24,000 nt of DNA. Origin: Betaproteobacteria bacterium SCN2 (GTDB lineage: Bacteria > Pseudomonadota > Gammaproteobacteria > Burkholderiales > Thiobacillaceae). A model generated the notes under the pieces. That model worked only from the letters and a program-made list of their open reading frames with translations. It did no database searches and was not told where the DNA came from. The stretch's first letter is position 1. Each line of letters opens with the position of its first letter. Position numbers and translations under genes: made by a program. Location of the stretch: contig WBSG01000009.1 in assembly GCA_008923285.1 (NCBI GenBank), positions 44,114 to 68,113 on the forward strand, written 5' to 3'. Of this stretch, positions 7,012 to 15,769 are shown in pieces.

Positions 7012-8871
7012 TTAGTCAATCCTGTTTGGTAACCTGAAGGCATTTCCCACAAAGCGTTCCAGCGAACCCAATGCAAGTGTACCCGCCGTCATGTCTGATT
7101 CTCCGCCCAGCGGCGTGGCATTTGTCTTGAGACATTCCTCATAGATTGCCTGCCGTCGAGGTTCGCAATTATCGCTGTTGATCAAATCACGCAGTAAATT
7201 GGTCGCCTCGATGCAGTCCATTGAAGGATCTTCATTTCGGGGGCCACTATGCTCCATGAATATATAGGAGAAGGTCTTGTTCATGACCAAGGACGGCATT
7301 TCGTAATAGTAGCGGTCGATCATGACCTGGCGTCTGCTCCCGTCTTGGGCATCGGCCTCGGCGTCTGGGTCCAGTGGAAGAATGAGCAGATCGAAGATGG
7401 CATCATCATCGGTATCCGGTTTCATGGCCAATGTGGAAACATGATTCCCATCCAGGTCGCGGATGGAAAAAATGCGCAGGCCGTACAACAGGCATTTTTG
7501 CGCATAGCTCCCCACACAATGCCCCATGGCATTCCCCTCTTGCCATAAAGAAACTTCATCATTCAGTTCGACGATCATCCGCTTTCCCAACCGGATTGAC
7601 GAATCCAGCAATGGCGTCCAGGAGATTCCCTTTCCTGAAGGGTCGCCAGCAATCCCTTTTGTATTACGCATCTTTTCATGCCAATGATCGCTGATTTTGG
7701 TGAGCGTTTTGGGGCCAGTCTTGAACGCCCATCGCCTGACAGTGCGACGCGCCTTGATCGAACTGATACGGCGGTGATGAGCCACGCCATCGGCAAGCGC
7801 ATCCAGAAAGTCGCTGACGCCTGATACGGCAGGAAACCGCAAATCCTCTTGTTCCTTCTCAAGCACGCTCATGGGAAGCTTTTGATATCCGGTGAGCCTT
7901 TTTAGCGCTGTAGCAGGCATTTCCCACAATCCGCCAATGACGCGCTCATTGATTCTTCCCAGTCCAAGACTGATGCGCCAATAGTGAGCAGCCAGCAAGG
8001 CAACATCACCTTCTTGGGCCAGATATTTCCACCCCGGCTGCATCGACAGCGCCTTGAGCATCGGCTGAAACTCGTCCCGAACTGCCTTGAATAGCGCAGT
8101 CAGATGGAGTCCCTTGGTTCGCCTCAAGGCAGCGGCCGGCACATCGAAATGCCCCGACAGGAAATGAATCAGTTTCAGACCCTGGTCGATGCAGGCGAGC
8201 ACCTTCGACCGCTCTCCGCAGAAGGACATCTTGTCGTCATCTCGACGGCAGTTGGCCCATTCCTCAGGCAGTTCGTGGCAAAGGTATCTTGCCAGCCAGG
8301 GAAAAATGGCAAATGCCTGCCGCCTGTAATGCGAACATCTGGAGTCATCGCAATCAATCAGGTTGTAGGCGGCCACATTCGGGAACATTCCCCTGTCGTG
8401 AGTACGGAGTTTTTTCAGGATGCCGAAAGCCTCTGCATCAAGCAGGCCGATAAACCTCGTGAGGTCTTGTTTGGCCTGCGTAATTTCTGCGGAAGACCTA
8501 CCAAGCCACCCGTCATTGCTCTCGTCGTAATTTCCATCCCAGTATCGCCTGATGATTTCCCCTTCAAGCGCACTCGGGTCAAGCGCCGCACAGACCATTG
8601 GCTCCCAAGCCACGGCATCGTGCGCCTCGTTCAAGATCGAATCCACACCCTTGCCCAGGTGATCAAGCATGGACTGGCATGCTTCTTCGGGCGTACCAGC
8701 CCAATCCTTGCGAACATAGGCGACTGCGCCGCTGGGCATCGCCACCCACATCAAGCAGTCGTGCTGCCCATGATTCTCTGATGAGGGAGCGATCAACTGG
8801 TATAGCCCCGCCACTCCGGGCAATGGGTTAAGGACTGTTTTCGACTCCAAGCGGTGCTTGACGGTATTCAT
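7012..8871 (-). CDS. PcfJ-like domain protein
   Basis: The C-terminal segment LWQEGNAMGHCVGSYAQKCLLYGLRIFSIRDLDGNHVSTL matches my memory of the PcfJ-like signature (EG..M.HCV.sY...ifs.r). Start set at MNTVKH with GGAGG 5 nt upstream, 17 nt after the AAA+ gene stop. The N-terminal roughly 450 aa are unassigned. Confidence 0.65.
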   Translation of the reverse strand: MNTVKHRLESKTVLNPLPGVAGLYQLIAPSSENHGQHDCLMWVAMPSGAVAYVRKDWAGTPEEACQSMLDHLGKGVDSILNEAHDAVAWEPMVCAALDPSALEGEIIRRYWDGNYDESNDGWLGRSSAEITQAKQDLTRFIGLLDAEAFGILKKLRTHDRGMFPNVAAYNLIDCDDSRCSHYRRQAFAIFPWLARYLCHELPEEWANCRRDDDKMSFCGERSKVLACIDQGLKLIHFLSGHFDVPAAALRRTKGLHLTALFKAVRDEFQPMLKALSMQPGWKYLAQEGDVALLAAHYWRISLGLGRINERVIGGLWEMPATALKRLTGYQKLPMSVLEKEQEDLRFPAVSGVSDFLDALADGVAHHRRISSIKARRTVRRWAFKTGPKTLTKISDHWHEKMRNTKGIAGDPSGKGISWTPLLDSSIRLGKRMIVELNDEVSLWQEGNAMGHCVGSYAQKCLLYGLRIFSIRDLDGNHVSTLAMKPDTDDDAIFDLLILPLDPDAEADAQDGSRRQVMIDRYYYEMPSLVMNKTFSYIFMEHSGPRNEDPSMDCIEATNLLRDLINSDNCEPRRQAIYEECLKTNATPLGGESDMTAGTLALGSLERFVGNAFRLPNRID

Positions 8872-8888
8872 GCCTGCCTCCATCCCGA

Positions 8889-10991
8889 TCAGGCCGCAAA
8901 GCCGATCTTGCGGCCATGGCCTTCCTGATTGAGTTCGCTTTCCTGGCGCAGCGCCTCGAGCGCGTCCTCACAGTTCCTGATCCTTCTGAGGCGGGACTGT
9001 CTCGCGACGGTCGCGTAGTTGCCGGGGGTGATCCCGCTTACTCTGGCAAGCCTGGCTTTCAGTTCGGTCGCTGGCGCAGGAAGGGACAGGATGTTGCACA
9101 GGTTCTCAAACAGGCGCCATGCCTGCTCTGGCAGCAGGAATCCAAAGCAGACCTTGAGGTCAAAGCGACGCACCGAGGCCTTGTCCAGGTTGTCCATCAG
9201 GTTGGTCGAGGCAATGAAGATGCCCTTGAAGTTTTCCATGCAGGTCAGCATCTCGTTTACCTGGGTGACCTCCCAGCTGTTGCGGGCCTGCTGACGGTCC
9301 ATCAGAAAGCTGTCCGCCTCGTCGATCAGTAGAACGGACTTGTCCATTTCGGCCCGATCGAAAGCATCGGCAATGTTCTTCTCGGTTTCGCCTACCCACA
9401 TCGAGATCAGGTCCGAGGCGCGCTTGACCAGCAGGGGCTGCCCCAGGAGGTGCGCGAGGTAGTGGCCATAGGCGGTCTTGCCCGTGCCGGGCGGCCCGTA
9501 CAGGCAGAGCCGCCCTTCCCGGCTTTCGAGCAGGCCCTCGCCGAGCGACGCCAGGTCGCAATCCGCGTTGAGGTAGCTCGGGTCGTAGTCGAGCCCGCCT
9601 GCGGCTTTGAGTCCTAAGCCCCTTTTCTTGCCCTGGGCCTTCAGGCTGGTCTCCATGATTCTGGTCAGTACTGCCTGGCGGTCGGAATCAGGAATCTGCT
9701 CGCGGACACTGGAATAGACGGCCGCGCTGCGCTCGATCAGGGCCGGCGTCAGGTGCTCGCAGGCGGCAGCCTGATGAGCCCAGTCTGTGCCGACTTCCGG
9801 TACATGCTGCCTGATGAGCTGTTCGCGCACCGCATAGGGTGGCGTCTTGAGTTCCAGCACATAGTCGAACCGGCGAAGGTAGGCCGGATCGAACAGGTCG
9901 ATGCTGTTGGAAAGCCAGACTGTGGGAACCGGGTTGGTTTCCAGCAGCTCGTTCATGAACGCCTTGTTCTCGGCAGGTTTGTCCTTGCGTACCAGCCATT
10001 CACTCGGCTTGGGGAACACGTCCTCAATCTCGTCGAAGACGATCAGGCATTGCCCGGCCGTGTCGAGCAGGCTCTGGCTGAACATGAAGTACCTGAAGCG
10101 ACCATGGGAGACCAGGGGGTCTCCATAGATGTCCTTGGTCGGCACTTCATAGGCCGCAGAGGAAAGCTCTCTGGACAGGGTGCGAACCAGTTCGGTCTTT
10201 CCGCAGCCTGGAGTGCCATACAGCAGGATATTCACGCCCCTGGCACGGTTGCTCAGCGCATCCTTCAGGCGTGCCAGAACGATCTGCAGGTCATCCCCCA
10301 GGTAGGAAAACGCGGATAGGTCATGTTTCCCCGACTTGCTGCCGACCAGATAGCCTTCCAGGATATCGATCGTGTCGGCATGTTCCTCCTGCATTTGCGA
10401 GGAAAGTCCGGGCAGCAGTTCGACCTTTCTGCTGAAATCCTCAATCTCGGCAGAGAGCTTCAGTATGCCGGTTTTGGCCAGCCGGCCTTCGGATGAAAAA
10501 GCCTTTTGCGCTTCTGCTTCGGGGAGTCCCAACGCTCTGGCAACGATCTGCACACACGCGAGCCGAGGCAATCTTTCAGCTGCATCGAAGATCGCGGTCA
10601 GTGCCGGCTCCTGGCGGACGAGGACTGCAAACAGCAATATATCCTGCTCGCTCTGGCTTAAATCCAAATGACTGGCCAGCCTGGCGATGTTTCTGGACAG
10701 GACAGTGCTTTCCGGCTTTTTGGGTTGTTCGGACTGCTGGGCCCTGAGCAATTCCCCGAAGCCGGCGATCTTTTCCGCTTCCTCCAGCTTCCAGAACTCC
10801 GATGGGGTAATCGCATTGCCGTCACCTCCTAGAGAGAACCTGCTTTCAGTAGCGAGACAAGGAATGTCTAGCTGCAGCGCCTCGTTTTGCCACACGAAGC
10901 CGTGTCGGACAGCCTGGGTTGCATAAGGGCTGACCAGAAAGCGCAGCGCCCACAACCGCATGAGCGGCAGGTATTCGGAGTTGATGGCCAT
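8889..10991 (-). CDS. tandem AAA+ ATPase (two classic-clade AAA domains)
   Basis: D1 has Walker A GTPGCGKT and Walker B CLIVFDEIED. D2 has Walker A GPPGTGKT, Walker B VLLIDEADS, sensor-1-like FIASTN and RRFD. The roughly 230-aa N-terminal region is unassigned. Confidence 0.9.
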   Translation of the reverse strand: MAINSEYLPLMRLWALRFLVSPYATQAVRHGFVWQNEALQLDIPCLATESRFSLGGDGNAITPSEFWKLEEAEKIAGFGELLRAQQSEQPKKPESTVLSRNIARLASHLDLSQSEQDILLFAVLVRQEPALTAIFDAAERLPRLACVQIVARALGLPEAEAQKAFSSEGRLAKTGILKLSAEIEDFSRKVELLPGLSSQMQEEHADTIDILEGYLVGSKSGKHDLSAFSYLGDDLQIVLARLKDALSNRARGVNILLYGTPGCGKTELVRTLSRELSSAAYEVPTKDIYGDPLVSHGRFRYFMFSQSLLDTAGQCLIVFDEIEDVFPKPSEWLVRKDKPAENKAFMNELLETNPVPTVWLSNSIDLFDPAYLRRFDYVLELKTPPYAVREQLIRQHVPEVGTDWAHQAAACEHLTPALIERSAAVYSSVREQIPDSDRQAVLTRIMETSLKAQGKKRGLGLKAAGGLDYDPSYLNADCDLASLGEGLLESREGRLCLYGPPGTGKTAYGHYLAHLLGQPLLVKRASDLISMWVGETEKNIADAFDRAEMDKSVLLIDEADSFLMDRQQARNSWEVTQVNEMLTCMENFKGIFIASTNLMDNLDKASVRRFDLKVCFGFLLPEQAWRLFENLCNILSLPAPATELKARLARVSGITPGNYATVARQSRLRRIRNCEDALEALRQESELNQEGHGRKIGFAA

Positions 10992-11035
10992 GATCGGAAC
11001 GTGTTGTCTGGACGGCTTTCATGTTAGGCCCAGTG

Positions 11036-11054
11036 TCCGACATGTGATGTCGCA
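11036..11054. promoter_or_regulatory. operator-like palindrome B, copy 1: TCCGACA-tgtga-TGTCGCA
   Basis: 13 of 14 arm positions are palindromic. It lies 45 nt upstream of the AAA+ ATPase start codon (10991). Confidence 0.55.
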
Positions 11055-11459
11055 GTGATGATGGGGTAGGTAATTCCTGGGCGGCGACAACCTCAGGGCC
11101 AAGAATGAATTCGCAGCACGTCCAAAGCGGTTCAGGGACAAGTCCAGCAGCTGCGGATTCCGGGAGGACTGACCACCTATTTAGGTGACTACTGACCAGT
11201 CATCCGATCTATTCTGGAAATGACCGATTCTCGGCCAAAGCCGACTTCGGCCCAGCTGCGCAAGTGTGTCTGCTCACGTATCCAGAGCGGTCGTAAGCCA
11301 GTCCGTCACACCGAATGTCTGCTTCCTAGTTCGGCGAACGCGTCCTACCGACCCCAAACGAACGTAAGCAAGCTTGCCATCAACGTTTTCCTTTTAGTCC
11401 TTAGCGGACGAACCAGAGACCTGGCAAGCTGACATTAAACCCGAACATGTCTTGGGCGA

Positions 11460-12512
11460 TCAGCCCGGTTCTTTCCGAGTTGTCAGCTTCTCAGCTGCCT
11501 TCATGACCCCCTTTGTCTTGGAAGAAATGGCTCCACCAACTGCCATTGTCGTGCTCACGGTAGTGTCCACCACCTTGCCAGTGGCGTTTTTAACGCCTTG
11601 GACAGTTGAATCGACAACACCGCCAACAGCATCCCGAATGGCACCGCCAACGGTTTGCACAACTCTCGCCCCATTTTCCGTGGTGATTTCGCGCACCAGC
11701 GTCAGGGCGGATACTGTCGCTGCTTGCCTTACCGTATTTCTTTGAGGCGCAACGAGGGATTCGCAATACTGCCGTGCAACAATGCCCACGCGCAGCGTTA
11801 GAAACGCATTGGCCGAACCGCTGGCGATGCTGTTAACAAGCAGGGCGGCAATCCCCTGAAGGCCAGGTATCGCACCTTTCAAGGACGGGAATATTGATGC
11901 CACCAGAGGCGCGGCAAGCTCCGTGAATTGAACCTCATCCAGGCTATCGGCGATAAGGGCAGTCGCTCCGACATTCGAGTACAAGTAAAGCATCTGCCGT
12001 GGCGATGGGCGCTGGTAAAAAATAGAAGCGATTCGCCAAACCATTCTGAACTGCGTTGCAAGCACAACGAGCCCGTCCAGTCGCCCATTCTGCATGACTG
12101 CCGTACTGACAAATACTGTACTGGCCGTATCTTTAATGACCTTGTCTGCCTCAAGGGATAGCTTGCTCATTGCTATTGACATGTTATCCCTGATGTCCAG
12201 AGGCATGCCTCGCAGAAGAGGGTTTTTCTGCATCCTCAGAAGCAATTCAGCCAGATACTTTTCGTACTCTGGGCCAGAGTCCGTAGCAGGTTGAATCAGT
12301 GGTTTTGGAAGCCTTAAGTAAAGATAGACGGGAATAAGCAGAAGCAGCACCAAAGCAACAATCATCACCCAGAACAATGGCTGACCTGCACCCAAGTATA
12401 TTCTGTCAGCAGCATCGGCAATTTGGGTGACACTGGCGACTATGACTAAGCCAAGATACAAAAGAACCAAAATGGCCAGTAAGGTAAGGATTCGGGCAAT
12501 TGGCTTTTTCAT
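11460..12512 (-). CDS. DUF697/YcjF-like inner-membrane protein
   Basis: Two N-terminal TM helices. The core LDGLVVLATQFRMVWRIASIFYQ and the segment GSANAFLTLRVGIVARQYCESL parallel my recollection of E. coli YcjF ([44 protein letters not shown]). Start set at MKKPIARI (ATG) with GAGGG upstream; the annotated first codon is TTG. Confidence 0.55.
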   Translation of the reverse strand: MKKPIARILTLLAILVLLYLGLVIVASVTQIADAADRIYLGAGQPLFWVMIVALVLLLLIPVYLYLRLPKPLIQPATDSGPEYEKYLAELLLRMQKNPLLRGMPLDIRDNMSIAMSKLSLEADKVIKDTASTVFVSTAVMQNGRLDGLVVLATQFRMVWRIASIFYQRPSPRQMLYLYSNVGATALIADSLDEVQFTELAAPLVASIFPSLKGAIPGLQGIAALLVNSIASGSANAFLTLRVGIVARQYCESLVAPQRNTVRQAATVSALTLVREITTENGARVVQTVGGAIRDAVGGVVDSTVQGVKNATGKVVDTTVSTTMAVGGAISSKTKGVMKAAEKLTTRKEPG

Positions 12513-12538
12513 TTTCCCTCTTTGCAAGGCATTGAATG

Positions 12539-13051
12539 CTACTTCTTGCTCAAAATGGCTGGGCTAACAACAACTACTGATCTGAGCAGAATATCCTGGA
12601 CATGCCCACGAATCCTGATGCTGTCATTAGTCTTTGCTTTTCTTAGCGAATCTACGTCCACATCAGTTGCGGGATATAAAAAAATGACCACTCTCATCAC
12701 TGGCACTGCATCCTTGGATTTAACGGGCAAGGGCTGAGAGGTTATTTTGTAGACGTCATCCTCCAGTGTTATCTCGTACACCAAGATGTCCCACTCGACC
12801 GTCTTTCCAATTATTTCCTGGCGCAGCAAGTCGCGCTGTAAATCCGTGGAGTCGCTGCCGAACGCAAAGGTCTCCGACATGAGCACCTGGGACACTGGCG
12901 TAACCTCGGTACGCATGAGCTCTTCGAGTTGCTCGCCGACGGATGGCCCTGCCTGGGCTGATTGATGGCCGTTACCGCAACCTGCAAGCACCGCCATCAT
13001 GGCAATGCAGAGTAGCCAGGTTGCCAGAGTATGGTGTGTCATGTAGTTCAT
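12539..13051 (-). CDS. lipoprotein, 170 aa
   Basis: Signal peptide ending in the lipobox LAGC (WLLCIAMMAVLAGCGNG). The ATGA start/stop overlap with the upstream gene suggests translational coupling. Confidence 0.7.
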   Translation of the reverse strand: MNYMTHHTLATWLLCIAMMAVLAGCGNGHQSAQAGPSVGEQLEELMRTEVTPVSQVLMSETFAFGSDSTDLQRDLLRQEIIGKTVEWDILVYEITLEDDVYKITSQPLPVKSKDAVPVMRVVIFLYPATDVDVDSLRKAKTNDSIRIRGHVQDILLRSVVVVSPAILSKK

Positions 13052-13353
13052 TTCAACTGATAACTGGGCTTGTGATACTGCACGTTGCCGGTATTCGGGC
13101 TTACCTCGTAAACTCGGTTTCCCTCAATTTTGTACGAGAGTTTGTGATATTGGATGTTGCCTGTCTGGGGGCTTACTTCATACACCTGATCGCCAATTCG
13201 TCTATATGCAGGTTTGTGTTGCTCAAGATTGCCTGTGGCCGGCGAGACTGTATAAGAGGTTTGACCATCTTGAATAGAGGGATTAAACGGCAATTCTGCC
13301 TGCGCTGTAATTGCACAGGCGGTAATCAAGAAAGCAATAAACACTCTCAACAT
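13048..13353 (-). CDS. small secreted protein with three 24-aa tandem repeats
   Basis: Signal peptide MLRVFIAFLITACAITAQA. The repeats are YTVSPATGNLEQHKPAYRRIGDQV, YEVSPQTGNIQYHKLSYKIEGNRV and YEVSPNTGNVQYHKPSYQLK. GGAG lies 6 nt before the ATG. Confidence 0.7.
   Translation of the reverse strand: MLRVFIAFLITACAITAQAELPFNPSIQDGQTSYTVSPATGNLEQHKPAYRRIGDQVYEVSPQTGNIQYHKLSYKIEGNRVYEVSPNTGNVQYHKPSYQLK
13051..13254 (-). repeat. 3 x 72-nt in-frame tandem repeat (24-aa units; the last is truncated to 20 aa)
   Basis: Protein periodicity Y(T/E)VSPxTGN(L/I/V)(E/Q)(Q/Y)HK(P/L)(A/S)Y across residues 34-101. Confidence 0.75.
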
Positions 13354-13479
13354 CGATTACTCCAGTCTAGCCAGGCTTCGGCTTGTTTCATGTTGTCACT
13401 GAATCGCCCCCGATTTTCTAGACACTCGCAAGCCAGAGCAGTTACTACGTTGGCAAGGAATTCGGAGCGACTCAAACCG

Positions 13480-15195
13480 TCAGATTCCGAATGCATTCAA
13501 GATCGTGTCAACAACTCCCTGAATGCCTCGCCCAAATAGGCCAGAACGATCGTCTGGGCGGGGTGTTTCGGCATGGACGCAGCAACCCTTGCCCTGCCAA
13601 CTATCGTTAAACAGCTCGCGCTCTCCGAAGAAGTATGACCAGAAAGTCTCGTTACGGGCTACTGAATAGTCCAGATTGGCGCTGAAGCCGAGTGTCGCGG
13701 CCTGGTTGACAGTCCGTCCGTTAACGGCGGGCTCCACGCGCACACCTCGACAGCCTTTGACAATCAGTTTTGCTGGGCCGTGGAAAGTGATGTAGCGAAA
13801 CTGCAGGGTTAGCCAAGATCCGAGACTGCCGAATCGCCAGTGACGTGTAATCTTCAACTGTTCGCCGCGAGGCTGGATGATGCCAACCAAGCAGCTAGGC
13901 TGTAGAACCAGTGCGGAACCATCCGGGACGGTGAGCAGCGTGAATTCGGCGAGGGGATCGTTTGAGGATGATATCGTGATGCGCTCCTCGCTATTTGGGC
14001 GAATACGGGTCAGACGATACATTCCGGCAGCCAGGCTGGTTAGAGGCATCGACCAGTTGAGCAACCATTGAGTGTCGCTTTCAACGTTGAACGACATACC
14101 CTGCAGGTAATTTGGCAGAATGATCAACTCCGAACGTTCATCTAATACGAGTGAGAGCGATACCACCGATGGAGTCGTCTGACCTGATTCATTGCCCACG
14201 GAAGCGTGCGATGTGTAAATCTGTCCCGACGAATCGGGCAACAAGCGTATCGGCGGTCGGCGCACAGCAACTGGCGCAATCAAATAGTAGGCAATGGCCT
14301 TGACCAACAATGGCGATAGCAGGATAAGTACCAGACTCCAGAGCGCGGTGGGTAGCACCTCCTTGACTGGCCGCATGAACTTGTGAAGGTTTGAGCCTTC
14401 GAGTTGCTTGTTATTTTCAGAGAGGTGTTCGTTGACCGGTTGAATGATGAGATTGGCCGATCCGGGATCGAGGACGAACGGGCCTGGACGCGGGAGTTTC
14501 TGGAAGCCTTGTAGAGTCTTCTGTAGTCGCGCGATTTCAGCGTCGTGCTGCTTTTTGGAGTTTTGCAACGGGCGCTCTTGTGCTTCCAATCCCTTCATCT
14601 TGCGATAAGCACCTGAATAGGGCACTTGCCACATCAGAGGCTCCTGCTTGGACAACTCCCATTGGGCCTTCTTGTTCTGGTAAATCTGCCAAGCAAGCTT
14701 GGTGCTGGCAGTCTGGAGCCGCTTGATTTGGCCTTCGGCTTCAGCTGGCCCGGCGGTGACAGTGTGGAGGTTGCGCACATAAGCGAGTCCTTGTTGCAGG
14801 AACGCAATCTCTATATCCAGGGTGGCAATCCGTTGGAAGGTGTCACTGGTAGGTAGCTTGCGCTCGATTGGATGGTCGTCCCATAGTTTTTTGCGGGCAG
14901 CCCGCTTGTTACTGATCTCGGATTCTAGCGCCTTGATTTGCTCTGCAAGCATGGTTGCCGGTGTGCCAGGATGCGGGATTCGTGATGGCAAGCCCTTGGC
15001 CACCTTGTCGCGGATAGACTCGAGTTTGCCTTTGGCATTACGAAGTGCGGATTGCTCCCCTTCCAGCTTTTCGTACTTCTCGTACTCGGCGCTTAGGAAT
15101 TTTTTGCCCAGGAGGATAGTGATAATTACCACGAGGATCAGGACAGCGCTGGCGGCAAAACTGGCGAAACTACGAAATGGGCTGCGCATGCTCAT
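13480..15195 (-). CDS. membrane-anchored coiled-coil protein, 571 aa; C-terminal beta-rich domain possibly AIM24-like
   Basis: N-terminal TM helix (FASFAASAVLILVVIITILLG), about 230 aa of coiled-coil-like sequence, then a second hydrophobic segment (LPTALWSLVLILLSPLLVKAIAYYLIAPV). In the C-terminal roughly 250 aa, segments such as YITFHGPAKLIVKGCRGVRVEP and LFNDSWQGKGCCVHAE resemble AIM24/DUF124 strands. That domain call is weak. Confidence 0.55.
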   Translation of the reverse strand: MSMRSPFRSFASFAASAVLILVVIITILLGKKFLSAEYEKYEKLEGEQSALRNAKGKLESIRDKVAKGLPSRIPHPGTPATMLAEQIKALESEISNKRAARKKLWDDHPIERKLPTSDTFQRIATLDIEIAFLQQGLAYVRNLHTVTAGPAEAEGQIKRLQTASTKLAWQIYQNKKAQWELSKQEPLMWQVPYSGAYRKMKGLEAQERPLQNSKKQHDAEIARLQKTLQGFQKLPRPGPFVLDPGSANLIIQPVNEHLSENNKQLEGSNLHKFMRPVKEVLPTALWSLVLILLSPLLVKAIAYYLIAPVAVRRPPIRLLPDSSGQIYTSHASVGNESGQTTPSVVSLSLVLDERSELIILPNYLQGMSFNVESDTQWLLNWSMPLTSLAAGMYRLTRIRPNSEERITISSSNDPLAEFTLLTVPDGSALVLQPSCLVGIIQPRGEQLKITRHWRFGSLGSWLTLQFRYITFHGPAKLIVKGCRGVRVEPAVNGRTVNQAATLGFSANLDYSVARNETFWSYFFGERELFNDSWQGKGCCVHAETPRPDDRSGLFGRGIQGVVDTILNAFGI

Positions 15196-15464
15196 TGCCT
15201 TGTTGTTGCGTCCGGCATCGGGACGCTATTAATCGATGTTGTAGCTGAATCGGTAAACTGACGTTTTCTAATAAGTGAATCATCGCCCAGAATGGCAGGT
15301 AATGCATGTTCGGCTACGCCGTTTGGGTGTGGTTTTCGCCAAATTGTCATGTGGATGTGCCATGTAAAATGACTTATGCTCAGATACTTGCCCTCGAACC
15401 CCTTAATCTTTGGCTGACCGCTTGGGGTCGATAGTACGTGTTCGCAGAAGTTAAAAGCGGCCAT
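15192..15464 (-). CDS. hypothetical small protein, 90 aa
   Basis: The only support is the ATGA stop/start overlap with the 571-aa gene and its position at the head of the operon. No SD and no domain. Confidence 0.35.
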   Translation of the reverse strand: MAAFNFCEHVLSTPSGQPKIKGFEGKYLSISHFTWHIHMTIWRKPHPNGVAEHALPAILGDDSLIRKRQFTDSATTSINSVPMPDATTRQ

Positions 15465-15769
15465 TCAGTGGGATTACTAGGCAATGGCGATTGTGCGGTG
15501 CATAGCTGACCTAGGCGGCGCGGTATGCCGCCGGCGGCTTAGGCCGAGGAGCGGACTTCAGCCTTTGCCAGTCTGTGCCGTTTCGGGTCGTTAAGCGTCA
15601 TTGGGCGATTAAAGTAAAGCAGACACCCGGTCAGCACCAGCAAGATGGCCATGCCTACCAGGAATGGCGGGCAACTCGAGCAGCGCCAGCTGCAGCGATT
15701 GGCCCGGGTTATTCAGGCCACGTCGACTCAAATATCTGTGTGTGATTTCGTAACCGGATGACTAGCTCG

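Noticed and set aside
15514-15538. GC-rich self-complementary run GGCGGC-gcggtat-GCCGCC-GGCGGC
   Set aside because: Several alternative pairings are possible and neither strand has a U-tract. It is not a convincing terminator or a recognisable repeat family.
15539-15652. 37-aa minus-strand ORF (MAILLVLTGCLLYFNRP...) with a hydrophobic N-terminus in the gap between the HDAC gene and the envelope operon
   Set aside because: It has no SD and is shorter than anything I can support from sequence alone. It could be a real small membrane peptide but there is no evidence for that.
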